Below, in pieces: positions 49,301-59,352 of a stretch of 64,000 bases of DNA (positions within the stretch are counted from its first letter, which is position 1; every line of letters begins with the position of its first letter). The notes beneath the pieces were generated by a model. The model worked only from the letters and a program-made list of their open reading frames with translations. It had not been told where the DNA came from and searched no databases. The position numbers were made by a program, and so were the translations under genes. The DNA is from Raillietiella orientalis (lineage: Eukaryota): contig JAYWIR010000001.1 in the NCBI GenBank assembly GCA_036172245.1, positions 9,362,001 through 9,426,000 of the forward strand. The letters are read 5' to 3'.

Positions 49301-51900
49301 CCCTACAGCCAGGAGCTTCCCCACTGCCTCAAGGCCTTCCAAAGACCCTCTTGTCCATTCCGGGGACGTGAGGTGGCAGCACCGTAGCCAGCTCGACTCA
49401 CCCGTGTTTGTCTTGGAGGTGACCGACGAGACCGTGGCTCCAGAAGCAGATAGGAGTATTTACCTTGGGGAGGGAGCGCTGCTGAAACGGGTGTGGTCGC
49501 AGAAAACAAACAGGCACCTTTCGTCTGATGGATGACGTCATCGAAAAGAGCAGTCCTTTTCCCTCCGGGGAAGCTTAAACTGCGACCCCCTTCCCTGCAT
49601 CTGTTAAGCCAAGAGCTCACCTTCATCTACGAAGGAAGAGTGGAGGAACGCATGAGCGAAGAATCCCCCTCCTGAAAGATACTGGAGCGCACCTCAGCAG
49701 TCCCTCCTGCAGGAGTGCCAATCGAAATCCCGAAATAGTCATAATCAATACACTTCATAGAACACTCCTTATAAGATAGACTAATCCCTACATTAATATA
49801 TATATATGTAATAAGCATGTGCATTTATTTTTAAGATTTTTCGGGATTTCGAGCCAGACCCAACGTTAGTCGAGGAGGATCGGCAGAGCAAGGCGACCGT
49901 TGTGGTGCACTCGTGTGGGGGGAACCGTGCGATAGACATGTAGCTGGTCAGGCTTTCCCTGGCTGCTGCTGACTCTTCGTCTGCATTGCCGCAAGCGGGC
50001 ACCTGTTCAGGAGGAAGGCACGCTCCATGGCAACCCCGCTACCGCGTCCCGGACGCCTCCGGTTCGAGTTCGCGGCACGAGTCCCCGTGCTTCGCCCGGC
50101 AGCTCCGGCCACGCGGTCCGTACGGCCGCAACCTGCTCAGGATGGTTCCAGTTCTTGTCTCAGCCAGGAGGAAGGTCGAGCGTGCCCCCCGGACGGGACC
50201 GGACGGGCTTTGGGTTCCCCAACGGGCTTTCGAGGGTGGCGTGGGGAGGCTCCCGTCTCCGCCAAACATCCCCACTTCCTCCCTTGTTCTGCTTGCGAGG
50301 TGTGAGTGACTTCTCGGCCTCGAAGAACAGCAGCCCAGCGTTTCCCTGCGCTGGACCCAAACTCGTTCTCGTGTGTGCACAACTGTCGAGAGAGTGTCCG
50401 TAAACACGCGCCGAGCGTGTCCGTTCGCTTCGGCACCACTTTCGTATGAGAACAGGAAGTTCGTTATCTGTCCTGGATGATACTGGAACGTCGGTATTTG
50501 AAAACGCGGTTTTCTTTTTTCTTTTCCAATAAAAATTTTCCCTTTGTCATGCTGACATAATAGGCCCGAAAGGACGTCTCCCTGGAAACTGTTGTAACCA
50601 CCGACCTGTTTCAAAAAACACCTCCACATAAATAGCTTTCAACAATGCAGCGAAAGGATCCGCTGCGCTATTTTTAGGATCGTGGGAGGGCAGAGGGCGG
50701 GAGACGAAAAAGACGCGAAAAAGAGTGGGGTCTGGAGTGAATTCTGGAGGCTGCGAGCTTTGTCCGGAGTAGCCGTCCCTCTTCGTGCCTGCTCAAGAGC
50801 ATCTCGGCTGCTGGCCCGTCGATCGATTCCCCTCCGCGTCCACTTGACGATCCTTCTGCCCCGTCTGCTCTGCCTTGCCGCTGGTAATCTGGAGCAAGGT
50901 TGCTCCACAGTCGAAAGAAGACAGTTCGTTGAAAGACGGTTCCCTGGGACACATAAACGCCCGTATGGAAGAACAGATGTGACTCTGGATGGATTTCTGG
51001 AATCTTCGGTCTCGGGCTAGCGGCGGAAATCCTGCCTCCCTTGTAGCAAGACTTATTTCGCAAGGGATGTGGGGTCAACGAAGAGTGAAGCTGCGTTGAG
51101 CGAGTCTTGTACCGGAACTGACAGTGCTGGGAGGTCATGAAATACGAAAGTGCTCCCGTAGGAGAGTAGAGGAGAGTGGAGTGGTTGAATGGTTCTGCGT
51201 TCCAGGGCTCCCAGGGGAAGCAGGTTCCGCATCCATGGTGGTGGCATGGAGCACAGGGGTGCCCGGAGGGGAGGGGTAGGGTTTGAGGCGGCACTGTCAC
51301 ACGACCGCAGTGACGAAAGGCTGTCTCCGGGAGAGAGAGCGAGCGGTTCTGTTCTCGACGGGCAGAGCAGCTGCGACCTCCTCTAGGCAACCGCCGTCAC
51401 CTGGCCGTTGAAAGATTACCGTCTAACGCGCTGGATGCACTTGGCACTCTTGTTTCAATTTTCCCGGAATTATTTTTAATTGCTCGGAAGGGCGAGGGAA
51501 GAACAAGCGAGCCACACAGATGTCCTATCAACCACCGGCAGCCTCTCTCCCCGCGAGGTAGCTCATCCTGGACCAGGTGCGAAGAAAGCCTGCAATGCAC
51601 GCATGGATTCGGGGAAGTTCGCGCCTCGCCTCCCATTTCATCAGATTCAGGAGCGAACGATAGGGCGACGCGACATTCAGGGATGCTGCGGGTGGCGAGA
51701 ACTGCATCCGTTTCAGCGGGGGAGGGCCCGGCGGACATCCAGGGTGCCGAAGCACCACCTGCAAGCACGGGAGGGCTCGCCGCGACAAAGACTGCTCATT
51801 CCGCTGGCAGGTGGCGAGCAGAGCGGAGCACCGAGGTCCGGATATTCGTGCTGCCAGCTGACATCGTCCACTCTTTTTTTAAAGAGAAAAGAAGAGAAAA
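49300..51900 (-). mobile_element. Degenerate LINE RT fossil
   Basis: IPEIHPESHLFFHTG (~50980; cf. LPxLIHPxQxxF..G), SFQGDVLSGLLC (~50575; cf. RQGDPLSPLLF), FQIPTFQY (~50490). Confidence 0.55.
49722..49852. mobile_element. 131-bp MITE with perfect 14-bp TIRs
   Basis: TCGAAATCCCGAAA (49722-49735) and TTTCGGGATTTCGA (49839-49852) are exact reverse complements. The AT-rich interior shares TAATAAGCAT with the 45.8-46.6 kb element. Flanks read GCCA(A) and GCCA(G). Confidence 0.65.
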
Positions 51901-52499
51901 AGCGGGCGAGCGGGATCAGAATAAAAGAAACCCGTGCGAAGAAAAGCAGGTTTTCGCACCCGCAACGACGGCGGCCACTACCACCGCCGCCGCTCTTCTG
52001 CCGAGCTGGTGAGGCGTCCGCAGCATCACGCATGCGCTGAGCATCTCATGCATCAGTAAGAGCCGGCGAGCGCGCCGCTCTTTTTGACACCCGAGGGACA
52101 GAGAAAGGGGTAGCCGATGAGAAAGAGAGGATGCACTTGGGGGAGGGAGTGGGCACGCCTCGGTAGGCGGCCTTTCGCGCCCTTCCGCTATGGCAGGGGT
52201 GGGTGAGGGCGCTCGGCCTGTCTGCCGGGGCGGAAGCCGCCCGGATCCCCCAGGCGCGTCGGCGGACGGCCCGAAGCGGAAGGAGAGGCAGGAAGGCGGT
52301 GGCGCTGTCGGGGGCGTGTCGCTGACCCGCGGTGACGCGGGAAGCCGCGCCCGGCGGGTCGGCAACAGCGCCCATCCGGCGGAGCGGCGCGCGCGGAAGC
52401 TCCAGAAAACGCGCGCCGCTCTCTCTCCGCGGAGCACACTAGAAGGCGTGCGCGCCTGAGGGAAGGGACCCTCACTCCTTCGCCCTCCCCTCCCCTTAC

Positions 52500-54260
52500 G
52501 CTCCTGGTCGCGCTTCCGTCCTCGCCGCCGCCGGCCGGGATGCTCGTCGGGCACGCGTGTGGATGTGGATTTTCGCACGGTTGCGCCGCGGAGTTCATCC
52601 TGAAAATGAAACCACAAGGCGTGACGTCCCGCCGAGCTGGACAGTCCTTGAGGGGATCCGCAAAGGGAACGGAACGAGGGGGGGGGGGAGAAGGGCAGGA
52701 GGAGGAGGAGGAGACAAAAAGCAAAAGGGAGAGGGAAGGGGGGAGGAACGATTGTTGCCATGGTCGGGACGCATCGTAAGAGACCGTGCCGCCCGCTCCC
52801 TTGGGTCCTCCCACGTCCTACAGCGGCGGTCTCCTCCCGGTGGACCCATCTCGCCGAGATCTTCAGGAAGCGGATTGCCAAGGCAACGGCTCCCCAGCCA
52901 TTGCGTCCTCCCTCTGCCTCGTTTTCCGCACTCCTCCCATCCTCTTTCCCCTTCCTCCATCTTCCTCTTCCTCCTTTCCACCTCCTCCACCTCTCCCTTC
53001 CTCCTCTTTTCCATTCGGGGGGAAATGAGGGGGGGGCCTCCTCCTCATTTCTCCCCCTTTCTTTCCTTCCTTCCTTCCTTCCTCCTCCTCCTCCTCCTCC
53101 TTTCGTTCCCCTTCAGAACGTTCCCTTCCCCGTTTCGGGCTGATGGCGCGACTTCCGCTCGTTGCGGTGGCGACGGGCTAGGCGCTGTGACCACAGCAGT
53201 GGCTGCAGACAGCGCCGTGCCCTAGCAGGCGGGGCAGAGATGATTTCGCCTCCCCCGCGCCGGACTCGGTTCGGCGCGCCACCCTTCCCCTTTATCCGGC
53301 GGTGGCGCCGCTCAGGAGTGCGCGGGATGGGAGCCAGCATTGCCGAACGCTGCTGCCGCCTGAGGGGGAGGAACTGGCCGTCCGCCACCGCTGCGGGCGC
53401 CTCCGGCTCCTAAGGCGAAGTGCCGAAGAGCTCAGACCAGTGGAGGGGCCCCTCGGGAGTGGCACCAACGCTCCAGGTACTGCCTTGCTACCCGAGGAGG
53501 GCGAGAAGGGGTGGCAGAGAGAGCCTCGCCGTCGCCCGCCTTGCAGGAAGCGGCGGCAGTGCCTCGGGGCAGAGGTCCTGAGTCAGAGGCCGCGCGGTGG
53601 GCACGGTGGTTGTGACCAAAAGGGTCCGAGGAAGAAACCCCGGAAGCCCCGCCGCCGGACGCGGCTGGCCGGCCCAGGGCTGCAACACCGGCTGCCGCGC
53701 CGCAAGCGACATTCGCTCCGGAAGGGAAGGACAAAGGAGCGTCTCAGTGACCCCGTTCGGGGCCGCCCCCGGCTGTCCGCTTGGTTCCGGAGGCGGAAGC
53801 GGAGAGTCCGTTTCCCCCACCTGACGCGCGCCGATCGCCTTCCGAGGCAGACGGTCCTGTGCCCATTCCGCTCACTCCCGGGTGAGAGTCCCATCTCGAG
53901 GAGCACTTCCGGTCTGGCCGAAGGAAGGGGAGGGGAGGGCGAGGTCACCCCTTCCCGAGGGGTCGCGGTGTGAACCCCAGAGTTGCGCGCCGTCCCAAGC
54001 ACGAGCGCAGACAGCGAGCAGAGAAACAGAGGAACCGCATGCGCGCTCTCCTGAGGCCTGGCCGCCAGGTTCGTGAGATGGCGCTTGCCCGAGCGCGCCA
54101 TTTGGTGCGTACGTCGGAACTTCTTGATGCTCCGACGCACGCACCAGAGCTCTTTCTCTTCGTTCCTCGACGGCCGGCACCGGAGGAGTCGGCGCGTCTT
54201 TCGGCGGCATGGAATGCAGCGCCGCTTTCGCGCATGCACCAGGAGAACCCGAGTCCCTAA
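52500..54260 (+). mobile_element. Very GC-rich degenerate LINE RT fossil
   Basis: SHGCAAEFILKM (~52580; cf. DGxxAEF), HLAEIFRKRIAK (~52860; cf. ILAKxLANRL), RFGAPPFPF..GVRGMGASI (~53270; cf. FDxVxHxF...GF). Confidence 0.4.
52930..53110. repeat. Polypyrimidine (CCT/CCTT-rich) low-complexity tract
   Basis: Direct reading; interrupted once by a short G-rich patch. Confidence 0.85.
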
Positions 54261-54299
54261 TTGGCGCTACGCGGTTCAGGTAGCGACGGTTTCTGGAGC

Positions 54300-55060
54300 T
54301 CCTCTGAGGAGCTCAACCTTGGCTCGAAGAATCCTTTAGCGTTCTTCAGGTGTCTTTGGTGTAGAATTTCTCGTCTCGGAAAGAATCCACTAGACATCAT
54401 TTCTGTGTCTCAATTGAAAGGGTCCTGAGCGTAGGCATGCTGTGGAAAGATTCCAGTTCCTCTAGTGACGAAGATGGAAAATGCGCCGTCCACTGCGGTG
54501 GGTGGAACCTGTTCCTCATCCGCTGCTCTTTGATCTTAGCCAAAAGGCCAAGAAGCGATACTTAACCTGGCTTCGAGGTGTTTAATTTCTCATCCGCTGC
54601 TGTTGTGCTGCAGTACCCTTCGTAGAGTATGAGTGCGTCCAGTAACGGTTTTCCTGAACCTAGAGGACATCTTGAACCTGGGCCGACTACATATGTGCAA
54701 CCAACGTCCGATTTCCGCGGGAACAGCAGCCACAGGTTGCAACACATTCAAATGGAGCGTGGACGGCATCTTTCAAGATATTTTTTTTTTCTTTTTCCTT
54801 GAGGATGCTCTTTCAAAGTAAAATGTTGTCCGGCAGTATGGGCGCGGGGAGTGCACCCTACTCTCTCTCTTTATTTTCACTTTGTTGAAGCTGCTGCTGC
54901 CGGTCGTGATGTCGAAATCCGAACTTCAGAGATGAGCGAATGCAAGGGGATTGCAGCTTCACCATCTGCGGCGTAGAGGTGACACGACAAGCGGTGATCT
55001 CCACGTTTTTCCCGCCGAGAGGCAAGCAGGGCGATGTACGCTGCGCGTTTTCTCTTGGGT
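54300..55060 (-). mobile_element. Degenerate LINE RT fossil hosting the U2 fragment
   Basis: LILYEGYCSTT followed by AGCGGATGAGAAATTAAACACCTCGAAG, which reads as SG*EI(N)TSK with one indel (cf. SGLKINxSK). Confidence 0.4.
54528..54559 (-). pseudogene. U2: 3'-truncated U2 snRNA retrocopy (nt 1-32)
   Basis: Minus strand ATCGCTTCTTGGCCTTTTGGCTAAGATCAAAG matches the metazoan U2 5' end (ATCGCTTCTCGGCCTTTTGGCTAAGATCAA..) with one C>T change at a CpG. The branch-point pairing GTAGTA, the Sm site and the 3' stems are absent. Confidence 0.85.
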
Positions 55061-55066
55061 TTGCCG

Positions 55067-56080
55067 ATTTCGTCACCCCTTTCACGTCGGGGCGTTTGTT
55101 TTGTAAGAAATGAACCGGTTAGTAATGCGGTTCCCAGCAGGAAACAACAGAAGTTCAAGGGGAAGGTCCACCGACACGCAGGCCGGGATTACGAAAAGTC
55201 CATAGTGGGGGGAGGACAAGGGGACAACAAAACAAACAACCAAACAAAACAAATCCGGTGGGATGGGGTACGGATCTTTGAGCTAGCTCCTTGTGCACCG
55301 GGATCAAAACAAAAAAAAAAACACCGGGGAAGTTACGGAGCAAACGGGGATGGGGAGCGAGAAAATAAATAAATAAAGGGAGGCAGGGGACAAGGTTCAC
55401 CGGCATCCGCCGTTCCTAACTGTCCATCAGCCGGCGCTGGATGCAGGCGATCTCCTCCTTCGATTCATCTTCCAGGTGAGGCCACCTTGCAGACGTCTTT
55501 ATGTGGGCGGCTGCCACTCCGGTGACCTCCCTTCGTTGCGCCGTCGTCTCCAGCACAAGGCGGGCCGTGACGATGGCACTGTGATGGTTGCGATCACTGC
55601 GCTCGTCGAAAGTCCTCCCAGCGCGAAGAATCGTCTCAGCACATCTCGGGCGGGAGTGCTGCTGCCAGCTTCCGCCACAGTTTCTGGAGGGCACCGCGGT
55701 CCAAAAGCAGGTGCAGCGGGATCGACTCCCCACCGACCCGCATGTGGCACAGTTCGGGGGTGGCAATCCCTGCGGAAAAGCGGTGTCGCCTCTCGTTGCA
55801 CTGGAGTCCCCAGTGGAGGAAGAGGCAGCACGACCTCTTCCTAGGAAGGGGGGAAACACTGATGTGTCCAAACAATGGGGAGGGACCACGAGTTCTTCAG
55901 GGGCAAGCTTCATGAACTTGCCAGTTCGGTTTGGTTTTCGGTGCGAATTCTGGGGAATGGGAATGTCTTTGCTTCCCAGGTTGCTTCTAATCCTCTCGGG
56001 ATTGTCAGTTAAGAAGTCGCATAAGCCGACACCAGGCTGAACTGAAGAGGTCATTGCAAATCCGGTGCACATTTTGTACC
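55067..56080 (-). mobile_element. LINE 3' end, family A
   Basis: CLFLHWGLQCN, PPNCATCG, SIPLHLLLDRGALQKLW, SARWPHLEDESKEEIACIQRRL*, then the hairpin at 55171-55186 and AACAAACGCCCCGACGTGA. Confidence 0.7.
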
Positions 56081-56299
56081 GATTCAGTAAAGTGTATGTG
56101 ACATCAGCCGAGAAAGAAAGAAGGAAAAAAAACAAAGACTTGCAGAGATTCTTTCGATGGTGTCATCATCGAATGTATCGAAAAAGAAAGTCAGAAGTGG
56201 AAGGGTTGAGTCATGGGTCGTTTCCTGAGAACTAAAGTGTGACATCGGAAAGACACCTGTCGACAGACGGGAGCCTTCTGTCGCGGACACGGGCACTCA

Positions 56300-57450
56300 G
56301 TTGAGACGACCCCTATGAGCAGAACTCGCGAAAGATCCCAGAAGACATCTTGCGCCGGCGCTAGGCACGAGCAGGCGATGAATCCACTTCTTATTGGTCA
56401 ACTGGCACAGAGCAGTGCTTGGAAGATTTTCAGGCACTATGGAAACCAGATCACTCCAGGGCAAGGGACAAATGGAGCTAGAGGATCCTTACGTGTCCTG
56501 ATGATTGTACCGTGCTCTCCAAGGACAGATGCAGAGAAATCCTCCAGACGGAGATCTTTAAAGGAAGGAATGTTCATCTTCGCCCATCTTTCACCGTGAC
56601 GGGTTCGCTGCTCGGGGGTGAGGGCTGCAAGAGATGGGTCAACATGGCCTAGCCGCTAGTAGCGAACACGCTGTCGAGGGCCGCGCGCAGTCGAAAACCA
56701 GGAGGCAGATGCTACGAAAGATTCAGAGTTCAACGGATGCTCTAAGGGAAAGTCACATCTTCCGATGAGTACCCCCGATGAGCGCGGAACGAGTGGCGGT
56801 AGTGCAGGAAAGGCATAAGTCGACAGCCATCATCAAGTGCGCTGATCTTCTTCTCGTCTTACAGCTCGGATCTGATCGTCCAGGGAAATCGAGGCAATCC
56901 TTTGTTTTGGGATGAGTTCCTTGCAGCAACCTCACTGACAGATCGCCCGAACCCGCTGTGAACACAAGTGAGCACCGGATGCTCAGCACGGATCAGCCCC
57001 TTGCCGAAGAATATGCTCCTTTCACCTCCTTCGGGAATTCTCAGCGTGGTTACTGGTTCTTCAGCTATTGAGTCGAGTGCTGGTTGTCTGATTTTTGCAT
57101 CTCCCTTCCCCCACACTGAACTGCTCGAGCGCAAATGATAACAGACGACGAGGCTGAAGCCTGCAGACTTACGACGCGGATTCGATGAAGCGACTGCCTC
57201 TTTTTCTGCTGCTGCTTTCTGACTCTTCCACGCGCAGTGCGTGCAGGGGAGCGGAGAGGCTTCACGAGCATCATTTGTAGGGGCGGAGAGAAAGATCTGA
57301 CAGGGAACAAACCGGCGCGTGGAACGAACCAACAAGTTCTGCGAGGGAAATGCCAGGTCGAAATGCCGATCCTCGCGATGGGAGGTGGCTGACGTCCAAG
57401 CGCACCTCCTCCGCCTACCCAGCAAAACTCTACCGCGGAAGTGGACTCTA
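56300..57450 (-). mobile_element. Degenerate LINE RT fossil
   Basis: THPKTKDCLDFPGRS...LMMAVDL (56753..56989; cf. IHPxQxGFxPGRS...LD). Confidence 0.4.
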
Positions 57451-57479
57451 AGATGACAGAGCGCCATCAGACTCTGGGC

Positions 57480-57945
57480 GCAGCGGCGTCGTGGATCTTC
57501 CAGTGAGAGATGCAGCGTTCACAGGGAATCCACGTTCCCTGTGGAAGGTCCTGGGACGAGTCCTGTGCTCTCCTTTGCACAGCTCTCCCGTCGCACAGCG
57601 GGGACTCCTGGCGGTGAGCGGCTTCCGCATGGCTGCAAGGTTTCCACAGGTCTCCTTCTGAACGCTCCTGCGTATCAGGATGGCGGCGACGAAAGAAGTC
57701 GGTCCGCCTGGCAAGTGCCACCTTCCGCGTCCCAGAAGGACGTCGTCAGCACGACGGCTGTGAAGAGGCCTGCGTCGTGCCGCGGAGCTCGGCTCGGTCG
57801 CACAGCGACCGGTGGTGGCCTCTTTCAGGGAACTTCGAGAGTCACTTCCCAACGGCGAGCCACGACCTGTATGCTCAGGTTGAAGCACCCTCGTCTGCCT
57901 CTTTGTTCACAAGTGAAGAAATGAAAAAAATAAAATAAAATAAAG
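57480..57945 (+). mobile_element. Possible divergent LINE 3' end followed by an A-rich (TAAAA)n tract
   Basis: Weak similarity to the family A C-terminus (DRWWPL cf. ARWPHL); A-rich tract at 57919-57944. Confidence 0.3.
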
Positions 57946-58068
57946 GATACCGACCTCGGTACTCGACGGTTTCGGCACTTGTTCCGGAACGAATTGCCAT
58001 TGTCCTTGCGAGCGGGGAGGCGCGCTTTCCCCGATTGGCGACTCTGTTTCCTGTGGCTGTTGTGCCTC

Positions 58069-58772
58069 GCGTCGGTGGCCACGTGGTCATGGGTCTCTGC
58101 ACGTGGCACCACCAGGCGTTGCGGGTTCGAGTGCTCGGAAAGAATCGATGCCAAGAGTTTGTGCCCGTCGTGAGTTCGAGTTCCTCCCGCGAGATGACGC
58201 TGGTTGGCATGCATTCGGGTGCGGCGCCGGTGGCGGCTCAAACCGGATACCCCCGATGAGTGGACCGGGATTAAGAGTCGACCCTCCGGAGTCCCTCCAG
58301 GAATCAAGGAGTGGGAGTTCCCCTCCGGTTGTGCAAAGGAGAGGACCCTTCGGGAAAGGAGGACCCTCCGTGGAGTAGACCCTTCGACTCCACCTCTCTT
58401 GAGTTCAGAGAAGCGTGCTGCTCCCTTTGGGGAGGAGGAGTAAACAAGAGAGGCTCCCCTTGCAGGTTCCCTCCAAAGAAGAAATTCCTGATGGGCGGAT
58501 CCTTGCCGGGTTTCGTTCGGAAAAGAAAACATGGAGCGATCCCCTTCGGGAGTCCCTCCGGAGAGAATGAGGAAGGAGATCCCCTTCGGGTTTCCCCTTC
58601 GGAGACAACCAGGGCTGGAGGTGATCTCCATTCCGGGCATCCCTCCACAGGCGTGAGAAGAACGGACTTCGAGCCCTTCTTGGATTCGTAGGGCGATCCC
58701 TTCCCGGAGTACTTCCTATCTTGAAGAACCCTACATGCACCCTCGGGTGGCGGCATAGAACAGTGTCAATGA
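58069..58772 (+). mobile_element. tRNA-headed SINE-like element, copy A
   Basis: A-box-like TGGCCACGTGG (58076-58086), B-box GGTTCGAGTGC (58124-58134), a second B-box-like AGTTCGAGTTCC (58173-58184) and an internal ~40-bp minisatellite. Homologous to 30845-31462. Confidence 0.65.
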
Positions 58773-59352
58773 GTGCGTGAGCCGCCGCCTGGGTCGCGAC
58801 GGTTCCTGAGGTGCTCAGCGAACTAAAAGAAAGCTGAAAGGAATAACAGCGAAGACGAAAGGAACTCAAAAGGATGTCCATCGTCATCGAGTACCGAGGT
58901 GCCACTGTAGTTCTGTATGGTGTGCGTCTCTGGCATCTTGGAGAAAAACTGCTTCAGCTCGATCGTAGCATTCAGAAAATCCACCCGAAGTTTCAGAGTT
59001 TTCAAAACTCCGGTGCTTGCGTCGTTTAACTTTCAAGTCTTGCATTAGCGGGGGTAAGGAAAAAAAAGAAAACAACCGAGCAACATTTTAAACAGGCGCG
59101 AGGCAGCGGTGTACAACATCCTCCTACGGTCCTGGTTGTATGGAACGCACTTGTGTTCCGAATCCAAAAATCCTTGGCACCGGCGAAGATGCTCCCGGTT
59201 TCTATTTCGCGCGCATTCGAGGAGCTCACAACGGGTGAAGAAATTTCCACACGGGCCGCGTCCTGGAAGGGCGACGAGGTACGAGAGCAACGGGAAATTC
59301 TGTGGTTGCAGGAGGTTCGCCAAATGCGCCGATGGCGATGCAAGGGAGTTCT

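Noticed and set aside
50424..50440. U6-like TCGCTTCGGCA.CAC
   Set aside because: Only ~14 nt match, with no downstream ATACTAAAATTGG or ACAGAGA.
54522..54559. U2-targeting Keno (Tx1) or Utopia insertion site
   Set aside because: No element 5' end follows the U2 piece and no downstream U2 half is present. The sequence after nt 32 is explained by the 13-bp duplication.
58445..58670. CRISPR-like reading of the ~40-bp periodicity
   Set aside because: The units are tandem and degenerate without unique spacers, there are no cas genes, and the context is eukaryotic.
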